A stretch of 64,000 nucleotides of DNA from Elsinoe ampelina (Eukaryota). The translations under genes were made by a program, and so were the position numbers. Shown here one piece after another: positions 1-11,005 of the stretch. Under the pieces are notes generated by a model. That model was given only the letters and a program-made list of their open reading frames with translations. It was not told the DNA's origin and searched no databases. Position 1 is the first letter of the stretch. Every line of letters begins with the position of its first letter. Where the stretch lies: the NCBI GenBank assembly GCA_010093995.1, contig ML992501.1, forward strand, positions 2,747,194 to 2,811,193, read 5' to 3'.

Positions 1-799
1 CCGCAATCGTTGAAGTCCTCTGGATTAAGACTCCTGATGGCATCCTGAGTGCATAAAGCAGCATCATAGGGAGTGACACGATCAATCCTAAGCATGAGAT
101 CGATTGCTTTGGTCGCATCGAGATTGAAATGGCACTGACAGCGCCTATGCCCCCTCAAAACACTTTCGAAGAAGTACTTCAAGGAGCTTTTCATATCCTG
201 GTACTCGGCGAAAATCTTGGCTACATATGTCAGATGTTGGTTCTGAGAAGAAAGCGTAAGTACGCACCTGTAATTTCGGCGTCAAATGTGGATGAGTCGG
301 CGATGAGGCGTCCCATTTGTGCAGCATCCGTCTTGACCACCAGACTGCTGATCAATTCCACCAGCCGTGATTCATTCTGGGAGACTCTGGCAATGTTGGC
401 GAGCTCGATCATCTCATCGTATTTTGACGTGAGGGGAATCTGAATCGATACCCAGTGCTCGAGAGTCGGGCGCATAGCCTCTAGGCAGTCGTACTTGTCA
501 CAGAGTGTGACGAAGTCGTGACCCTCGTCAAGCCGCATAAGATGCCGCGAGGGATCAGTCCTGAAATGCGACACACGTAATAGAATCTCCAGTGACCTTT
601 GCTTGTCTTCCTCAAGTGTGATTGTTTTTGGTTCAGTCTTGGATAGACCTTGGCCTTCTGTAAAACGGTTGGAAAACATGGCTCTAAAAACTGGGGAGAT
701 GTTGCTGAGGATCACAGATGAGACTAGGAATCTCTTCTCACTACCAGACTCGGCGGTCAAGTAGACATCGCCGTCCATGCAGAGTTGGATCATCTCCAT
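1..799 (-). CDS. BTB/POZ-domain protein 1 (3' end runs off window); exons 799-268, 220-<1
   Basis: DGDVYL...FLVSSVILSNISPVFRAMF...CDKYDC fungal BTB signature; intron 267-221 (GTGCGT..CTGAC..TAG, phase 1); exon 2 stays open to the window edge (AKIFAEYQ...RRCQCHF...DFNDC). Confidence 0.88.
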
Positions 800-1199
800 G
801 CTGAGACTGAGATCTACTGTATCAATCCCGTGGTGGCGTCGACGCTGGTAGTGGTTTCGCAGGTTAAATTGTAAGATGGTGGGACAGAATGAATGTGGTG
901 AATGAGAAAGGTTTCGCAAATGCAATAGGAGTGGGGTCGAGCATGTGAATCAGGCTTGTCACGTGATCTGCCTGCATGAATGGAATGTTTCATTTTTCCC
1001 GCGAGGTTACGTATCGAGGTCATGAAGCTGAGTCGGAAGAGTGGGATAATAGATTTTGACTGACCTAAGCATTCGTTGTAGTTCTCCTCGTCCAATCAGC
1101 TGCGCCTGTCCGATGCCTCCCTGTGAACATGTCCTGCGCTGATGTATGATCGAATCTGTCTATCCCGCCAACGCCGCTGATACAGTACGCCGCCAAGGA

Positions 1200-2164
1200 T
1201 CATGCCTTTAGGTCCTCCCACTTCAGCGGCCGGCTGACCTCGATGAGACTGAGGGTCATCAAGCTGATATTCATGATCTGATCCAGGCGACGATCATTTG
1301 GTGAATGCATTGACTTGCCACATTCTTTTATCATCTGGTTGTTGACTCCTCTCAGATACTGTAGCGCACTCGTGACACTCTCTTTGACCGAGATCGTGTC
1401 AATCTTATGGTAGAGCATAGCGATGTCCTCGGCTTTGATTTTGTAATGACACGTGCATCTCTTTGGGCCATCGACGACGTTTTTGAGAGCATCTTTGATG
1501 GCGTTCCTTTTCATCTCGCGAAGTTTGTGCACAGTCACTACCAGTATTAGTGTGTATATCTTCTGAACCCTTGGTAATCATCACCCAGCATCTTTGTTGT
1601 TAGAAGGCTGTCTTCACTCATAACATGATCCAACACAGGCTCAGCCGATTTGAATACCATCATGTGTATCAAGGTCTCGGAGTGGGCAGTCTCGTTGAAG
1701 AATAGCGCCATGTCCAGGAGATGCTCCATCTCGGCGAACACGAGATCAGGGGCGGTCAAATGTAAGGCGATCCACATTTCGGCGACGAATCCGACGGCGG
1801 CCGCGCAATCGTATTTGTCACAGACGACAGTGAAGCCACTACCAGCCGTGATTGGCATGAAGCGCTTGTTGGAACCAATCTTGAGGTGTAGAACGCGGAG
1901 TAAGATCTCCATGCTGGTAGGATCATCGTCCGGACATGTGAAGCTTTTGGGCGAGGCTGCTGAGATTCTTTCGTCTGCATTCCAGCGTTCCGAGAACGTC
2001 TTACTGAAGACGGGCGACGCGTTGCTCAGTATTGCCGATGAAACGAGGTACTGCGTGGTCGGTTCGCCTCCAAACGTCAAATGGACGTCGCCATTTTCAC
2101 ATAGGATGATCTGTGTGGGTGTTGCAGGTGGGGTGATGTCGTCGAGAGGCGCAATCGAGGTCAT
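1200..2164 (-). CDS. BTB/POZ-domain protein 2; exons 2164-1585, 1537-1200 (~305 aa)
   Basis: NGDVHL..YLVSSAILSNASPVF..CDKYDC; intron 1584-1538 (GTGATG..CTAAT..TAG) joins ORFs 1547..2197 and 1200..1538 in frame; KRCTCHY motif parallels BTB1. Confidence 0.87.
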
Positions 2165-2545
2165 GGCGTAGAGATAAGCGGCGTTGGTCTGTCTCACACG
2201 ACGAGCAGTAGTTTGTTGGAAAGTTTACAGGTATTTGGGACGTGGAGGTGAATAGGGAGAAGTGCAGCGATGAAGGCACTTTTATCAAAGACGGCAATGT
2301 GGTCTGTGCTGTGAGTCCGAAGTACTCGTTGCGACGAGCTGACTGACATGTGACGCTTGTACCTTGTTCCACAATTGATCTCAATCGGATGTCGGAGCAT
2401 TTCGTTGTTGATCCCATGCTCTCACAGTGTCGCCAAAACGTGTGCCGATCTCCTGACGAAGTTGTTGTCCTTCCTCCGTGGTCTGACCGGTGTCCCCAGA
2501 TCCAGCACTACCAACTCCAGGACCAACATATGGTCCAGGCCCGAT

Positions 2546-4614
2546 TCAACCCTGTTCCTCCAACTGCACACCCACCCCCTTCCCTCCCCTTTCGCTCCTA
2601 CCACTCCCCCCACCCTCACCCTCACACCCCCACCTCCCCCTCTCCTGCCTCACCGACCCCTCCCCATACCCCTCCCCTGGCCCTCCCTCACCAGGCTCAG
2701 TATAATCCGGCGCCACCACCTCAGGCACCGTCACCTCCCTCCCCTCCACCTTATGATCCCCACTCACCTTACCAATGACCCTCGCCCACCCCAGGCCCTT
2801 ATCAATACTCAAATCCCTATACGCCCTAATACACCGATCCCTCTCCGCCGCGATGCCCGGGTCACCCGCCGAGAACCCCACCAGCACAAACGTCGCGACA
2901 CGCATGGGCAGGATGAAGTTCTGGCTCGCCATGAGACCGCGGGCCGGGTTCATCATGAAGTCTGCGGAGCGGGTGATGAGGGTGCCGATGAAGATGACTT
3001 CGGCTTTGATGGAGGCTTGGGTTGAGGATTGGAGGGGGACATGGTAGGGGAGGTGGATGCGGGGTTCGAGATGGGAGGTGCGCAGGGAGAGGAGGGTGGA
3101 GGGGACGCGGGCGGAGAGGGTGAGGAGGCTGGCGAGGAGGATGGGGCGGATGGACCAGGAGCGGAGGAGGAGCGTGGCGGTGGAGAGGGAGGGGAAGGTG
3201 AGGTTGTAGGAGGGTGGCCAGGGGATGGCGAGCGTGGAAGGGTCGGCAGGGAGGGATGTGGTGGCGTCGATGATGGTGAAGATGGGAACGGGGAGGGTGC
3301 TGGAGAGGAAGACTTCCCAGTCGAGGATGCGTTGGTGGAGGTCGGTCATTTCTTGAGCGATCTGGTCGAGGGAGGCTTGCTTGTCGAATGAGTCTGCTCG
3401 TTTCTGTACCCTGTCGAGGCGTTCGAGGAGTGCACCGAGGCGAAGACCGATGCGAGCCAATTCGAGATCTGGTTTCAGAGACTCGTCATCTTCCAATGGC
3501 TCGTCCCATTCCGAAGCTTCAAGAAACGAGGATTGCCGCATCGTAAGCGCAAATATCATCTACCAGAGTCAGCGATACGCTACCACAACTCCTCCTTCCA
3601 CTTACCGCACCCCACTTCGTATCCATCAACAACGACTTCGCCAACGGCGACATATGCGACCTCGCCCCTCTCATCTGCACCAATTTCGCCTGACCAACAG
3701 TATGCTGATGAAACCCATTAACATCCGGCGTCGTCGACTCATAAAGCTCATAAATCCCCAACGCCCTGCAAGCAGCCAACACATCATCCCCCCTCCTCAC
3801 CACGGGATCCACCAGCGCCTCATGCACCAACGTCAACGCCCTCCCATAAATCACCCGACTCCTCGCCGTCAGCGTCAAATCCTTCATATACCACCCGGCC
3901 CTACTCCACGCCAACGCCGCCACCGCCAGATCCAGCGCGGACCCAGGCACCGCCACCGAAGCCGAAATCTCCAGCCAATGATTATTGATCATCCGCCGAT
4001 CCAGCGGTACAGAAGGTAAATACTGGTCGACAAACCTCCCCAGGAACCCGGCAGTGACCAAAGCCCGCGAACTCACCGGCGCAGGCATCTGCCACCCCTT
4101 CGACCCCTCCAGCCCTCCACTCCCACTCCCACCCGCAACCCCCTGCAAGAATTGCCCAGGCACGAAATACCCCGCCAAACCCTCCCCACTCTCCGATCCC
4201 CCGGATGGTGTCGACGCCCAACTCCCTCCCGCACTAATCGTCGTCGTCGCGAGCTTCGCGCTCCATGACCCTTCTCCCGGCTCAGCGGGGGAGGGGACGC
4301 TAGGCCGCGCTTCCTCGAGCCGCTTCCGGCGCAGGCGTCCGGTCTGGGTATTATTGATGAAGACGGCGAATTTGTCGTAGCCTTCGCAGTGGCGGCCTGT
4401 GGAGGTGCATTTTTGGCAGTAAGGTTTGGTGGCGTCGCACTGGGGGGGGTGTTAGAGCAGGAAACGAGGAGGAGAGGTAGTGGGCGTGGGAATGGGGGAT
4501 GAGGGGGAGGGACAGGGGGAGGTGGCAGGGAGGTAGTGGGAAGGGGAGACGTGCTTTGATTTTGCGGCGGCGGCAGGTGGTGCAACCTGTGGATTTGCCG
4601 GGGACGCCGACCAT
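2546..4614 (-). CDS. Zn(II)2Cys6 transcription factor with Fungal_trans_2-like middle region; exons 4614-4555, 4439-3606, 3559-2546 (~635 aa)
   Basis: Spliced MVGVPGKSTGCTTCRRRKIK|CDATKPYCQKCTSTGRHCEGY forms a complete binuclear cluster; intron 1 GC-AG 4554-4440, intron 2 GTAAGT..CTGAC..TAG 3605-3560; ALDLAVAALA..YGRAL..LGIYELY..H..G region. Confidence 0.85.
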
Positions 4615-5095
4615 GCTGCTGAGATGGAATGGTCGGCCGGTGACTATTGTTGAGGTTATGAAGATGCAGAGGGGGTCATGGAGGAAAACCCGAAAGAATG
4701 CGCGGATCCAGATGTTGATGTATTGACGGCATGGCGCGTCGTCTTATCTGTTGGACGTGCTGTGTGTTTCCGTCGCCATCATCAGATCGTCGCTCAGGTC
4801 GCAGGCAATCATATCAATTGCGGCGGTGCTCAGTAGACATGTCATTCGTTTGCCGTGGAGAAAGTGATCTTCACTTTCGGCCGAGATAGCAAGTGCAGTC
4901 GCAGCAAAACATGATTCCGGTACGGACGAAGCGCACAAGTGAAGCTGAGGTGAACGACATGTCATGACGTGGGCGTCATCATCCTTCAGCCACGACCAAC
5001 AACTCCAGGCACCTGCATGCAACAATACACGACAGGTCAGATCGAAAACAAGAATATGCATTCCTAGCATCACACTGGGTATCATAAATCATGAA

Positions 5096-6424
5096 TCATG
5101 AAGTTCTCCTCCGCTCCTCCTCCAACATCGCATCTACAACCTGAAAACACCCCGTCACCCTCTCCATCACTCCCTCATCCACCCCTCCCTCCCCGCCTCC
5201 AAACCGATGCAGCACCTTGTCAGGATGCCACCTGAACCTCTCCCCTTTCAGCATCGCCACCTTCACCTTCCCCTCCACCTCCTCCCCTTCAGCTCGAGGC
5301 AGCACATACCGCACCACCCCCTCGAAAAATCTCCTCACCTTCTCCGCATCCACGTCCTCAATCCGTCCCCCCTCCACAGGCCAAGGGATATCCCCCGCCC
5401 CACCCCTCCCCAGCCCCTCCTCCTTCCAAGCCCGAACATACCCCTCCCAAACCCCCTCCCACCTCCCACTCTCTCTCCCCTCCTTCGCCTTCCTCGCCCG
5501 CCTCTCCTCCCCCCTCGCCAACGCAGCATCCACATCCTCCCTCCCACCCGGTCCCCTGCCCCTTCCTGTCCCCCTCCCCCCATCCCTCCGTCCCCGCTCC
5601 CTCCCCTCCCTCTCCCTCTCCCTCTCCTCCCTCATCTCCATCTCCCTGACAAGATGCGGGTTCGCTTTCTCCCACATCTTCCTCTTCACGTACAGGACGT
5701 ATTCTTCATCCGTCATCTGCTGCAGTGGATCCGCGTCGGAGCCATGGGATGGATTCAGAGGGTCTTTGCCGCTACCGGGGCGCGGGTAGATGTGGAGGGG
5801 TTGGGAGTAGACTGCTTCCCAGTAGAAGGCGCCCTCGTCGTCCGCGAGGGCGTCGAAGAGGGACGTGGCGAAGGCTGTGTCTGGGTCGGGTGGGGGAGGG
5901 GAATGAGGAGGGGTGGAGGGGCGATCGTGCTTTTCGGCGCGGGGGTTGTTCGGGTGGGAGGTGGTGGGTTCGCCGGAGGGAGGGAGGGAGGGGTCGAGCC
6001 AGGTTTCTTCCGAGGGGCGGGGAAGGGGGTGGGCCGAGTAGCGGTCGACTTTCTCGTGGGCACCGTCTTGCTCGGCCTCGCTTCGCGCAGAGCTGGTACC
6101 TCGGCTGGTCCTGTGTGGTCGTCGGTGGCCTTCCCCTTTGCGACTTCTCTTGTGGTCGGACCCGGAGCTCTTGCTCTTGAAGCGGAACTTCAATCCTCGG
6201 TCCCTATCCTTGTCTGTGTGCCCCTCGTGACCAGATCTGTCCTCTCTGCGCCGTCTTTTCCTCCTATGTCGCTCCATACCCTCCTTCTGACCACGCAGCT
6301 GTGCTTCATGCTCCTTGAATGCCTCCTCGTATGCGTCCAAGATGTGCGCGTGCGTCTTGTCCTCGTGCGCATTGTCAGCTAGGTCGGAGCGGACGCGGGC
6401 TAGATTCTCTGTGACGGATGACAT
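5096..6424 (-). CDS. NFKBIL1-like protein (C-terminal J-like RWHPDK domain), 442 aa
   Basis: Single ORF with basic/low-complexity N-terminus, MTDEEY..YV..KMW motif, IPWP...LKGERFRWHPDK..F C-terminus. Confidence 0.75.
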   Translation of the reverse strand: MSSVTENLARVRSDLADNAHEDKTHAHILDAYEEAFKEHEAQLRGQKEGMERHRRKRRRREDRSGHEGHTDKDRDRGLKFRFKSKSSGSDHKRSRKGEGHRRPHRTSRGTSSARSEAEQDGAHEKVDRYSAHPLPRPSEETWLDPSLPPSGEPTTSHPNNPRAEKHDRPSTPPHSPPPPDPDTAFATSLFDALADDEGAFYWEAVYSQPLHIYPRPGSGKDPLNPSHGSDADPLQQMTDEEYVLYVKRKMWEKANPHLVREMEMREEREREREGRERGRRDGGRGTGRGRGPGGREDVDAALARGEERRARKAKEGRESGRWEGVWEGYVRAWKEEGLGRGGAGDIPWPVEGGRIEDVDAEKVRRFFEGVVRYVLPRAEGEEVEGKVKVAMLKGERFRWHPDKVLHRFGGGEGGVDEGVMERVTGCFQVVDAMLEEERRRTS

Positions 6425-7255
6425 GGTATCAGTCGCCCTTCAGCCGCCGAGACAGTGACCCAAAGCCTGTCGGGCGCGATATTGCGAGGATGCCGTCCGA
6501 CGAAGGGCCGCTGCAGATGTGGTAAGAAGGCCGACACGGTCGGTCTCGGGGATCAAGAGGCTGAAGGGCTGTCATATTATGTGTATTGTCGTCACACTAC
6601 GACCTGACATAGCTCACCGATTGTGAAAAGTCTGAGGTGTTTTCGGTGCAGCATGGCCGTGGAACAAAAGAATGGCCGCTTGGGGGGAAACATGTGACCA
6701 AGGCTTGGCGTGGATTTTGCTCCGATCGATGCTTCATTTCACCACAACTGTTCTCAAGCAACATCATTATTGGCGGGGCGTAGGTTCATTTGTGACTTCT
6801 TTTGTTCATTCTCACTATCGACAAGGGTCTGCTTCTTCCTCCCATTCTCCTCATATCCTCACTGACATGCCCATTTCCAAAGTTCTCCTCCCTTTTCATC
6901 CCATCAAATTACGCGCAACCCTCCCATCATCTGCGCTCTCCTCCCTGCAAAATGATATCCTGCAAACACGCAATCTCCCGCCCATCCAATGCCAGAAACA
7001 ACCTGCCCGACCCATCCCAATAACCACAAGGAGAAAGAATAAACGAAATAGGTAGTGTGGACAGTATACACAAACAGCCAACAGAGAGCATCCTGCTCTT
7101 CGTGTTCTGCGCTTTCAATGCTTTTAGTAATGCAGACTTGTGATTCGAAAGGAAAAGTGATGTGGTATCAATGAGTGTCGCAAAAGTTCTGATGCTCAGC
7201 CAAAGAATCGAGACGCACGGTTCCCTCTCCGCCTAATACTCATGCGACGGGAGTT

Positions 7256-9631
7256 CTACTCCTGCTGCAAGAAGGTGGGAAGGTTGTTTTGAGAGTCCAG
7301 GGGCAGACCGTAGTCGTTTACGCCGCCGGCATTGCTCGTCGCGATGCTACCGAGGCCAGCACCGAGGCCGGCAAAGGCTTGACCTTGAGTGCCTGCGGGC
7401 TGACCTGGGGCGGGACTGAAGACAGGCAAGCTGACAGTACGAGCGTGGCTCTTACCCACGCTGAGAGTCTGTCGGTGCCCAGATGTCGCGGGCTGGCTTG
7501 GTCCGCCGAAGCCGTTGATGTTGACGCTGTGGGTGGCTTGGTGGCCCATGTGTGGTGCTGGAGCATCAAGAGAGGAGCCAATCGAGTTGCGAGTGGTGTT
7601 GGCCCCGCTGTAGAATGCCTGCTCGGCGGAAAGCTGTTGCGATGGCTGCGAGCCATGAGCAGGGGCAATGGACACGGTTGGAGGTGACATGTCAACGCCG
7701 TAGCCCTGAGTCATCTGCTGCTGGACCTGCTGGTGTGTAGCTGCGAGATACATGGTCAAAGGATTAGCCTGACCAGTATTTACCACAGTCGAAGCGGTGG
7801 GGCCCTGCAGAGGATTGACGTTTCCGGAAACGCCCGAGGCAGGAGAGACCGAGCCCTGAGCACGAGTCTGCTGCATGCCGTTCAAAGGCGTACCGTTCAT
7901 CTCCTGCTGCACGGCTTGTTGTTGTTGGGCCTGCAGATTCTGACGAGGGGGGTTGCCGCACCGATCCTTGCCAAAGTTGACCTTGAAACGCTTGTACTCA
8001 TCTTTGCCGCGAACTGCCTCAATCGCCTTGATGGCGTTCGCGATGTTTGTGAAGTTGACGAACGCGCAGCTCTTCTCGCGCAGAGTGTTTACTAGCTCAA
8101 TCTCGCCGTACTCCTGGAAGTCCTGGCGAAGACGCTCCTCAGTCCACGTCTCGTCGAGGTTGCCAATGTAGACATTGCGCGAGGCACCTCCTGCAACGGC
8201 CATGCTAATGGCTGGTGGGAGAGGACCAGAGTGCTTTCCCCAACCAATCTTAAGTCTTCTGTTGTGGATCATGAGACCTTGGAGGTTCGAGAGAGCAAAG
8301 AAGGAAGCTGCTGCTGTCGGATCAATGAAGGTGACGAAACAGATGTGCTTGTCCGGAATGTAGCGAATATGATGAAGAAGACCTCCACGGACGACGTTGC
8401 AGATCTCCTCAATGGTGGTTTCGGGGTGGATATTGCCCAGGTAAATCGTTCGATTGCCGACATTGCTCGCGCCACCTGCAGTGCTCGCAACAGCAGCTGC
8501 AGCTACTGATTGCTGAGCAAGAGCGCTGGCCACGAGATCCCTGTCAACGCTGTTGAGCACATGTGCGTAGCCAGGAGCGATGCCAAGGTATTGAGCTGCG
8601 TTCTGCTGCTGTGTCTTGGAGACATAAGCGCATCGATCTTTGCCGTAGTAGACACGTCGTGGAGGCTGCCACTTTTGCTCTTGGGGGAGCTGAGTGACGG
8701 CCTTGATAGCGTTACCAATGGAAAGGAAGTGCACAAAGCCAATCGCCTTTTCGCGGACAATCTTGACGGTGTCGATTGGACCAAACTTGCTAAGCTCATC
8801 TCTCAACTCCTGCTCGGTGGTCTCTTCAGGCAAGTTGCCAAGGTAGACGTTGCGAGAAGCTCCCGACTGCTGAACTGCAAGAGCCACAGACGTCGGCACA
8901 GACGAAGGCTTTCCCCAACCAATCTTGATATCCTGATTCTTGATGCAGAGCTTTTTCAGAATGGCGTCCGAGTGAAAGTGAGTGGCCGAGCCGCTGTCGA
9001 GGAAGGAGATGAAAGCACAATTCTTGTCGGGGAGAAGTCGTACTGACTCAATCTGTCCGCTTCGCACATGACCGAGAATCTCCTCAGCAGACGTGTCAGG
9101 CGGGATATTGCCAAGGTACACAGTCCGGCTTTGCGAAGAGACCGGGTTTGGTGCCATTGCCATTGGAGCTCCGTACCCTGCCATCATGCCCATGTTGCCG
9201 GTATTCATTTGTTGTCCGAAGCCATACGCGGCTGTAGGCGAGCCGGGTCCTGACATGTATGAATTCGCCTGAGCACCCATCGGCTGAGCGTACATCTGTG
9301 GAGACATCATGCTCTGCTGTTGCTGATTCCGCTGGTTCTGGTTCGGGATCTGGTTCAAAAAGGTAGAGAATGACTGAAATTGTGGTGAAGCAAACCCTGG
9401 AGATTGGGCTTGAAGAGGGCTCCCGATGAGCAAATTTGACGGAAGGAGTGGAGTGAAGTTCATGTCCAAAGCTGTACCAGGAGTGGGCATATCTTGGATG
9501 CCAGAAGTGTTGATTCGGGAAGTATTGATATGCATGTTCTCTCGTTGGGGATGTCTGTCGGCGTAGCCAGGTACTCCAGGAGGATTGTTGCTGAAGGCGG
9601 CTTGGGAGAAGCCAAAGCTGTCGGTGTTCAT
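7256..9631 (-). CDS. MRN1: Four-RRM RNA-binding protein, Mrn1 / S. pombe Nrd1 family, 791 aa
   Basis: Four RRMs (RTVYLGNI..CAFISF; RNVYLGNL..IGFVHF; RTIYLGNI..CFVTF; RNVYIGNL..CAFVNF) with KIGWGK and GKDRC linkers typical of this family. Confidence 0.88.
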   Translation of the reverse strand: MNTDSFGFSQAAFSNNPPGVPGYADRHPQRENMHINTSRINTSGIQDMPTPGTALDMNFTPLLPSNLLIGSPLQAQSPGFASPQFQSFSTFLNQIPNQNQRNQQQQSMMSPQMYAQPMGAQANSYMSGPGSPTAAYGFGQQMNTGNMGMMAGYGAPMAMAPNPVSSQSRTVYLGNIPPDTSAEEILGHVRSGQIESVRLLPDKNCAFISFLDSGSATHFHSDAILKKLCIKNQDIKIGWGKPSSVPTSVALAVQQSGASRNVYLGNLPEETTEQELRDELSKFGPIDTVKIVREKAIGFVHFLSIGNAIKAVTQLPQEQKWQPPRRVYYGKDRCAYVSKTQQQNAAQYLGIAPGYAHVLNSVDRDLVASALAQQSVAAAAVASTAGGASNVGNRTIYLGNIHPETTIEEICNVVRGGLLHHIRYIPDKHICFVTFIDPTAAASFFALSNLQGLMIHNRRLKIGWGKHSGPLPPAISMAVAGGASRNVYIGNLDETWTEERLRQDFQEYGEIELVNTLREKSCAFVNFTNIANAIKAIEAVRGKDEYKRFKVNFGKDRCGNPPRQNLQAQQQQAVQQEMNGTPLNGMQQTRAQGSVSPASGVSGNVNPLQGPTASTVVNTGQANPLTMYLAATHQQVQQQMTQGYGVDMSPPTVSIAPAHGSQPSQQLSAEQAFYSGANTTRNSIGSSLDAPAPHMGHQATHSVNINGFGGPSQPATSGHRQTLSVGKSHARTVSLPVFSPAPGQPAGTQGQAFAGLGAGLGSIATSNAGGVNDYGLPLDSQNNLPTFLQQE

Positions 9632-11005
9632 ATTTTGATAGCCGTGCTGGCGAGCAGTTGCAAACGGAGAGAAAGAATCTGCCTCGGGCGAGGCTAATAG
9701 GTGAGGAGGAAGGACAAAGTCCTCTCTGGGACTCTGGGATAGGACCGCCGTTTTGTTGGTATTGAAGGTCCGGTCGAGATCAACCAGGACAAAATTGAGG
9801 TATGAATATGTTCTCGCTCTTTCTAGCAGCTAATGTAGAAGTTGGCTGCTCGTGTGACGTGGTCGATTGTAGCTACAGAGAGCTGTATATGTGACAGATG
9901 CTGTACAATGATCGTTGGCTTCGTGAGCAAATTTTGCAAGGGTCAATTAGATGCCGAAAAAGTCGGCTAGCAGTAGGTTTGGGAGTGAAGAATGATTAAA
10001 TGATGTAGAAGCGGTCTCGAGGACAAATGTATGCAGAGTCGAGTAGGCGAAAGCAATAATTGGGCCAGGAAGCGAGTGTCGGGAAGAATGACGAACAGAC
10101 GGTATGAATGAAAGGATGGAAGTATTCTCAGGAGAGGAACAAAGAAGGCTTGAAGAAGTAGTGGAGGTATGGCAGAACGTAGAGAGAAGGCCAAATGAGG
10201 GAATTTGGTGGGAATTGCGAGCCGCAAAGGCGCTGTAGTCCACAGACAAGGCTAAGGTACTCAAGAGTCAAGACCGCATGACTCTTGGAATGGATAGCAA
10301 ACCGCGAGACACGCATTCGCAGCCGGGCGAGGTGAGGTCTTGCGTAAAATGAGATGCTTCCCAAAGCGGCCGCAGACTCGACGTTAGCGCGATCCCGTCG
10401 CCAGACAAACGCGTCGTTGATTGGTCTTTCACACTTGGAACTTATTTTTGACATGCCGACCCTTGCCAGATGCATGCGAAATATTGGCTGTCCCTTCTGC
10501 ATGCGGTCCCGTCACCTCGTGGAAGCCCTGCGCCATCCAGGGGCAATCTGCAGACCATCGTGCTTCTGTCGTCTGTCTGTTCGTCCTGCGCCGGTCAAGT
10601 GCCGGTCGACGGATGGGTGGACGATGGCAACGTAGAGAGACATCCTGTCGTGTCCGAACAGACTTTGGATCCTCAATCCGGGGTTGAAAAGGCACGGCAA
10701 TCTCGTCTGAACACGACCTGTACGACCGCGACCATTCTATCGAAACCCAAGCTCTGTCAAACCCCAATTTCGACGCCGTAGATCAATGATCGACAGGCAC
10801 TGCCGCAGTGCTACTCGATCCCTGCACATGGTCGCGGCTTGCATGTGACCCAAGACATGCACGGTTCACGCGGCTACTTGTCGGGAACCATTCCCATAGG
10901 ACGCCCAATGTGCGTCGTGCTTGACGATCTATTATACACTAGCGGCTAGTAGCTGTATAGCATGGCACGACCTCGTATTCCTACAGTACATCATTGATGA
11001 ACTTT

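Noticed and set aside
2350..4726. Pro-rich and Gly/Glu-rich ORFs overlapping the Zn2Cys6 gene
   Set aside because: Shadow frames caused by C/G skew; the spliced - strand gene explains the region
5207..6382. 391-aa + strand ORF and other overlapping ORFs
   Set aside because: Antisense shadow of the NFKBIL1-like gene, no domain features
9947..10781. Several short ORFs upstream of the RRM gene
   Set aside because: No motifs or consistent splicing; more likely long 5' UTR and promoter
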